64,000 nt of DNA from Amoebophrya sp. A120. Lineage: Eukaryota > Protista > Dinoflagellata. Positions 59,001 through 64,000 of this stretch are shown one piece after another. The stretch lies in assembly GCA_905178155.1 (NCBI GenBank), contig CAJINV010000003.1, positions 7,336,601 to 7,400,600 of the forward strand, in the 5' to 3' direction. The notes under the pieces were generated by a model. That model ran no database searches and was not told the origin of the DNA. It saw only the letters and a program-made list of their open reading frames with translations. Every line of letters starts with the position of its first letter. Positions within the stretch are counted from its first letter, which is position 1. The position numbers and the translations under genes were made by a program.

Positions 59001-62000
59001 CAACACGCCCCCTTTGCACTCCCATCTGCTGCGTCGCATCCGTCGCAGTCGCCAGCGCCGCCGCACATGGTTGAGCATTCTTTCATTCTCGGCCCACAGC
59101 TCTTAGGTCCATCGGCGCACTTGGGTGTCGCGCCAGATGAAAGAAATGCCACGTTGCCGCCGTATTTGATATTGTCAGTACTCCACGAACCTTCACCTTT
59201 AAAAGGGTCAAGGAGTGCGGTCTCAATCTCTAGTAAGTGAAGGACGGCCCCATCTTTTCCCGGAACCACGGTGATCTTATGAACCGACCCGACGCCGCAA
59301 GAAACCCCTCCCCCCAAGCAGAAACTTGAGGCATCGCGCGCGTCGAATTCTTGTTCATCGTTGTTGCTGTCTACCGGGTAACCGTTAGCGTACAAGTTGG
59401 TTTCAGAGGTCGCACCGTTTTTCGTGAACGCCTCACTTCGGATTTTGTACCACGGTCCTTCGTCCATTCTGAGCCAGATCAGGTCGCCATTAGCTGCGTT
59501 GACCGATGTTGGATATTGGTCCGCTGGGATACCGGAACCGTCCAAAGACCTTGCCAAATCAATGTTCGTTGGCGGAGTTCCACGAACGCGGGCAGAAAAC
59601 TTGAACAAGTCACTCGGATTCGGGCACCCCTGCTGTGGATCGTGTATCTGCAGGCATTTGGCCTCCCCCAGCGCCATGAAATAGAATACCGCTTCGCTCT
59701 GGCTCAGGTCGTCGTCGCACGTCCCATCTCCAGGTCCATCGCTGCATGTCCTTTCCTCGCCGCCCGCGGGATTGTCGGGACACCAGATCGCGTCTGGGTA
59801 CGAGCTGCCATCGTGCTTCCTATAGAGCGGCTGCCAACACCCAGACAAAGTGCCTTGTTGTCCCCGGATGTGCTTATTTTGGCCTGACCGGCCGAAAAAC
59901 CAGCCATATCCAGAGTGGTCGGCGTAAACCCACGTTTTCTCATTGGCTCCAATCTGTGAAGCTATCTGAGTGTTTACAATCTTCGCTCCGAGATCGGCCT
60001 CGGCAAGAGACGTATCCGCGGTGGCACTATAGATGTGTGCTGTGGCTGGAGGTGGAATGAGCCCGAAAAATTGCCACTCAGCCCTCGACCTCCCCCGCAG
60101 ATTCCTTGGCACACGGGTTTTATCTAATGAATTTTCCGTCCTGGTGTTCCGGGGCCGTCTATTGCTCCACAGCATGCAACAGGCATGCTCCATCTTGCCT
60201 GCTGCCACTCCGCCACCCAAAACTGGCGGCTTCATAAGCGATGCCATGCTGTAGTCCCGGTATGCGTATACGCGGTCCTCTGTTGCTACACTGCCAGAAT
60301 TGCTGTCCTCAATCTTGCCCTTGTACACGCTGAAAGAAGTGCAGCCGACGGTCGTCCGGCATCTGTCCGCGCAGTCCTGCGGGTGTCCGCTGAATGTAGA
60401 CCCGCGTCTATCGCATCTAAAAACCTCCACCCCAGAACGTCAATGATCAAAGCAAGCGTATGCGTATCTATACTCGTGGTCTTACATTCGTATAAAAGAA
60501 AACCATGCGAGCGGCTCAGACCCGAGTTTTTTCGCTGCCTGTCGCGCACCATGACAGGAAAGCATAATGCGACTGCGCAAACGACCCCACGTCTGTGACT
60601 GATTATATTCATTTTTCGACTTTGTACGTCATGTTTCCGCCCGGAGAACGGTCACCGGCGTGAGTGTGTTGACCGGTGGATGAAAAAACACGACACATGA
60701 TGAAGACGAGAACAAGACGCCTCGCAGCATCTCCAATCAATCGCACGCGGCCTAACCATGGTAACGCGATGGAGGAAACAAGATTGCTACCAAACAAGGA
60801 CAAAGGCCACTCCCCCCAAAGAAAGCCAGACTCTACCTCCATCGGCTTTGCCCTGCGAGATCCAAATCCAATCGCGAATATTGGCATTGAGATTTATGTA
60901 AATATAATAAATATGGAACGGTATCACTCGTCGCTGCCTACAGTTAGTGAGCAACAACGGAAACGACGGACGAGTGATGAGACAGCCCTGGCCTCGGTTC
61001 GTGCCTCATGATTGAAGAGTGCGGCCTCCCAGTAATATGGGAATGCTGAAGAGCCTTGGTCTCATCGTGGCCAATCACAATAACAATATGCAATATCATC
61101 AAACAATTATGTGAGGCGCATTCATTATACGCAAGTGCACCACTTTGCGTTTATCTCCTTCTGCAGTCAGACTGTTACGGTTTAAATGAGTCACTTCTCA
61201 TGCCCGTACCGTGCGGAGGTTCTTACACAGCATATTCTCCGACTCCAAGAGAAGGAAGGTATTCCTCGGATTCGAATAGTTGGAACCCGCAGAAGCCCCA
61301 GCCTTTCGGACCACTCTGCTTAATCTGTATTCCGCTAATTCTTTCGTCAATATGAACCCAGGTCCCATACGGCGAAAGAAAACCAGGAAGCGACATATCG
61401 GGCGAAGACGAATATGATCCGGCGCCCCGCTTTAGATGCACGTCCGCACCTTGGATCCTGTCGTCCCATTCTCCACCGCGATCGATGTCTCTTCGGTAAA
61501 TAAGAAACCCAGCAACGCGCCGCTCTGCGAATTCAACCTGCCAATAATGAGTAATATAAGCGTCGACCTTTGTCCAAAAGCAAGAATCTCCGTACTCCCA
61601 GCTCCAATCCCGTTCGCCTGCTCCTTCTCTCTTCAAGCTCGCATCATAAAAAGCCAGATCAAGCGAAGACACGTGGTCCGGCGGGTCTGTGCGTAGATAC
61701 TTCATGTGAAGCCTTTCGTCGCACCCGGGGGGTGATGTAGTGCACGCATCTTCTGCCGGATTTATATCAACGAGCTCGTTCGGGAATCTGCGCGCGAGCA
61801 CTTGTGCCGGGTAGTAGTAAATTTTGAGACCTGGTTCCGCACTTGTATCTCTCGTGTCGCCGGTGGCTGTCAACTCAGGACTCCCATCTTGATAGGGGTG
61901 TACATAGTGACCCACGACTGGGGCACCGGTGGCCTTCTCAAACAGCCAAAACCCGCAGAAAACCAGATGGTGATACCCACCTTGAGCCTTGTTGGAACTC

Positions 62001-63990
62001 TCGATCTTTATCGCGGAAATCGTTGCGTCCACGTTTACCCAAGTCCCGTACAGATCTACGACGCTCGGAAGCGTTGCTTGCGCTACTTCTGTACCTCCGT
62101 TCTGCAGGGTGTAATTAGCTTCATTAATATTTACGTCTATAGAAGATTGGACATCCCGACGGAAAACTACAAAACCCGCCACGTGGCGGGCCTGGAAATC
62201 TGTCTGCCACCAGTTCGTGCCAGCACTCCCGGTTGAAGCGAAGCACTGCTCACAACGGTCTTTGATGCAGTTTTGAGTAGGATCGCTTCCGGCAGCGTGT
62301 CCACCAAGGCCAAAAAGCTCATTGGGCATCCTCCGTAAGAAGACATTACCTGGGAAGTAGCCAGGATTGGCAAAGTCGTCGTCTTTGGAAAAGTATGTTG
62401 AGCCGGCCGTTGCCGTTTGTTCGGAGGGGTCCACAAGCTGACCCCAGCATCCGCTCGGAAGGGTGCGCTTCGGCATATAGGCCTCCATTGACTGCCCCGA
62501 ACAAGTGCCATACATACCCCAGGCGTCTGCGTTCCTGTTGTGGTTCCCAGGCGATTCGTCCCAAGAAAAGGGTGTCGGGTCCGTGTATGCAGCGAAAAAA
62601 TCCAAAGTACACCGACCACCCCCAGATTTGAACGATTTCCTTAGCCCGGCACAGAACCTACTTTACATTTTGATTTTCATTTACTATACGGCAGAAAACT
62701 ATATCGGACACGGGCACCCGGTAAAATTTCGTGCCGGCAAAATCCATTGCGTACTTGCCTTCCAAGGGGCACGAGTTGTAACGGTGCTTGACGTGTATGC
62801 ATGAAAAACTATTATACCTGTACTTACCACTGTAACAACATGCCAAAGAAATGAAAAGCGAGCGTGGTTGCATGAGGATGGAAGTGTGCACTTCAACTTC
62901 TACTTTTCTCTCGAATAAATTGCTTGACCACTTTCCTTGCAAGGCCCCAAAACCACTACGAAGACTTCGCCGGTACTCGTCCACAATGCTGAGAACGGTC
63001 CTGCGACAACTTCCGGTCATAATGGTCGAGTCGCTGTTGGGTTTTGCTTGTAGCTGCTCTTCAAAGTCCTCACCGCGGAGCAGCATCAGGGTGCACAACT
63101 CCGCCTCCCCCTCATCCGTTGTGTATCTACCTACAGTGACACAGACGAGACAAGCTCCAGTCAATGATGCAGTTTCATCAGAAACACAACTCTGTTACCG
63201 AGGATTTGTTTTTTCCTTATCTCGGCTTGCTTCTGAAAGTGTCTGTCATGCACAAAAAATGGCGAAGCAGAAAGTAAAAGTAAGAAGCGTCATCGTCATG
63301 ATGTAGTGGACACCCGTACCCAGCGCCACAGGTCAAGGATCCCCTTCCCGGGGGGTGGGCGAGGAAGCACTTATTTCGGCGACCTCATCAGACAATTTCG
63401 AATAGAAAGGATTGGGTAATACAATTTTGAATGACAAATGAGATGGAGAGGCAGCTGTGCGTTTTCATAAACAAGCGACAGCTGTCAAACATGTCTCCAT
63501 ATCAAGTGCAAATATGCCTGGGTCGGGAAGAATGCAACTTGTGATGCTGTACTTGGATTTGCGTGACGAGCAAGAAAAGTCCAGTTTGTGCTGCGCGGGG
63601 CGGGCATTTCTCATGCGGAATAAGCATCAGAGAGCTCTCGAAAAGTGTCTGATGCTAGGTCATGCATTACAGGCATCACGGGTCACGCAGAATATGCATG
63701 ATGACAAACTCTCCCAAGAAGCTTCCAGACCGCCCAGACATATTTGCATTTGATACTCCAGAATCTGAAACGAATCGAAGTCCCGTGCATTCGACAAGCT
63801 CGGCACAGTACGTAAGGCATTCGTAGTAGGTGCGCAATCCGCTAGCGCGATCGTACAGACCAATCGTATCGATTGCAGCGGCTGTACTATGCACGTTCAC
63901 GTGAATTGGGCAGTCTTCATACAGCGACAACTCCTTCGGCAAAGACGAAGTCGCCCCGGCGCCTCTGCGCAGCTTTGTAGTTGCATCGCT
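56025..63990 (-). CDS. Large Cys-rich adhesin/lectin-like protein, multi-exon (F-type lectin/discoidin-like repeats, 8-Cys repeats, PAN/apple-like motifs); 5' end probably outside the window
   Basis: ORFs 61223..62605, 57272..60430 and 56025..56297 plus small exons. Three repeats of C..(H/N)(W/Y)W....V.GF..(F/Y).RD...GTW.......I..I.I......FCGF.LFE. Three GPR..(E/D)C...C...C..CD....GACC....EC....YH.CV repeats. Joining across 60440-61220 is unresolved, so this could be two genes. Confidence 0.65.
56324..56633. mobile_element. Introner-like element with ~56-bp TIRs, duplication ACCCT
   Basis: TATGGA(A/T)GT(T/G)TCAG(C/G)ATCGAAATCGACAAAATCGAAAAA TIR. ACCCT occurs at 56319-23 and 56634-38. Excision gives YYVTAQG|PTCKLLGVHIDETK in frame. 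Confidence 0.92.
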
Positions 63991-64000
63991 TAACCCAGCC

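Noticed and set aside
63305-63375. GC-rich possible structured RNA
   Set aside because: No convincing tRNA, snRNA or ribozyme consensus could be identified by eye.

Overview
Eukaryotic, gene-dense window. All recognisable genes lie on the minus strand and point towards two GC-rich satellite arrays at 1-3020. The co-oriented genes, long low-complexity inserts and non-canonical introns bounded by terminal inverted repeats (TIRs) and 5-bp direct repeats resemble the parasitic syndinian dinoflagellate Amoebophrya (inference, not verified). The main finding is a 7-exon gene of about 2,847 aa (54008->43481). It fuses a delta-9-type ELO elongase, a cytochrome b5/delta-8-like desaturase, a His-box-degenerate methyl-end desaturase relic, a delta-9 desaturase, a delta-12 desaturase and a cytochrome b5/delta-5-like desaturase. 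Together these supply every desaturase plus the condensing enzyme of the alternative 18:0 -> arachidonic acid route in one reading frame. Other genes: class I SAM methyltransferase split by two insertions each flanked by a ~55-bp duplication, phospholipase D, Rpp21-like Zn protein, LsrG/ABM protein, GT31-like glycosyltransferase, NIPA-like transporter, RSPH10B-like MORN protein and a large lectin/Cys-repeat adhesin-like protein. At least nine introner-like TAT...ATA elements are present. All calls are from reading motifs by eye; no database searches were run.
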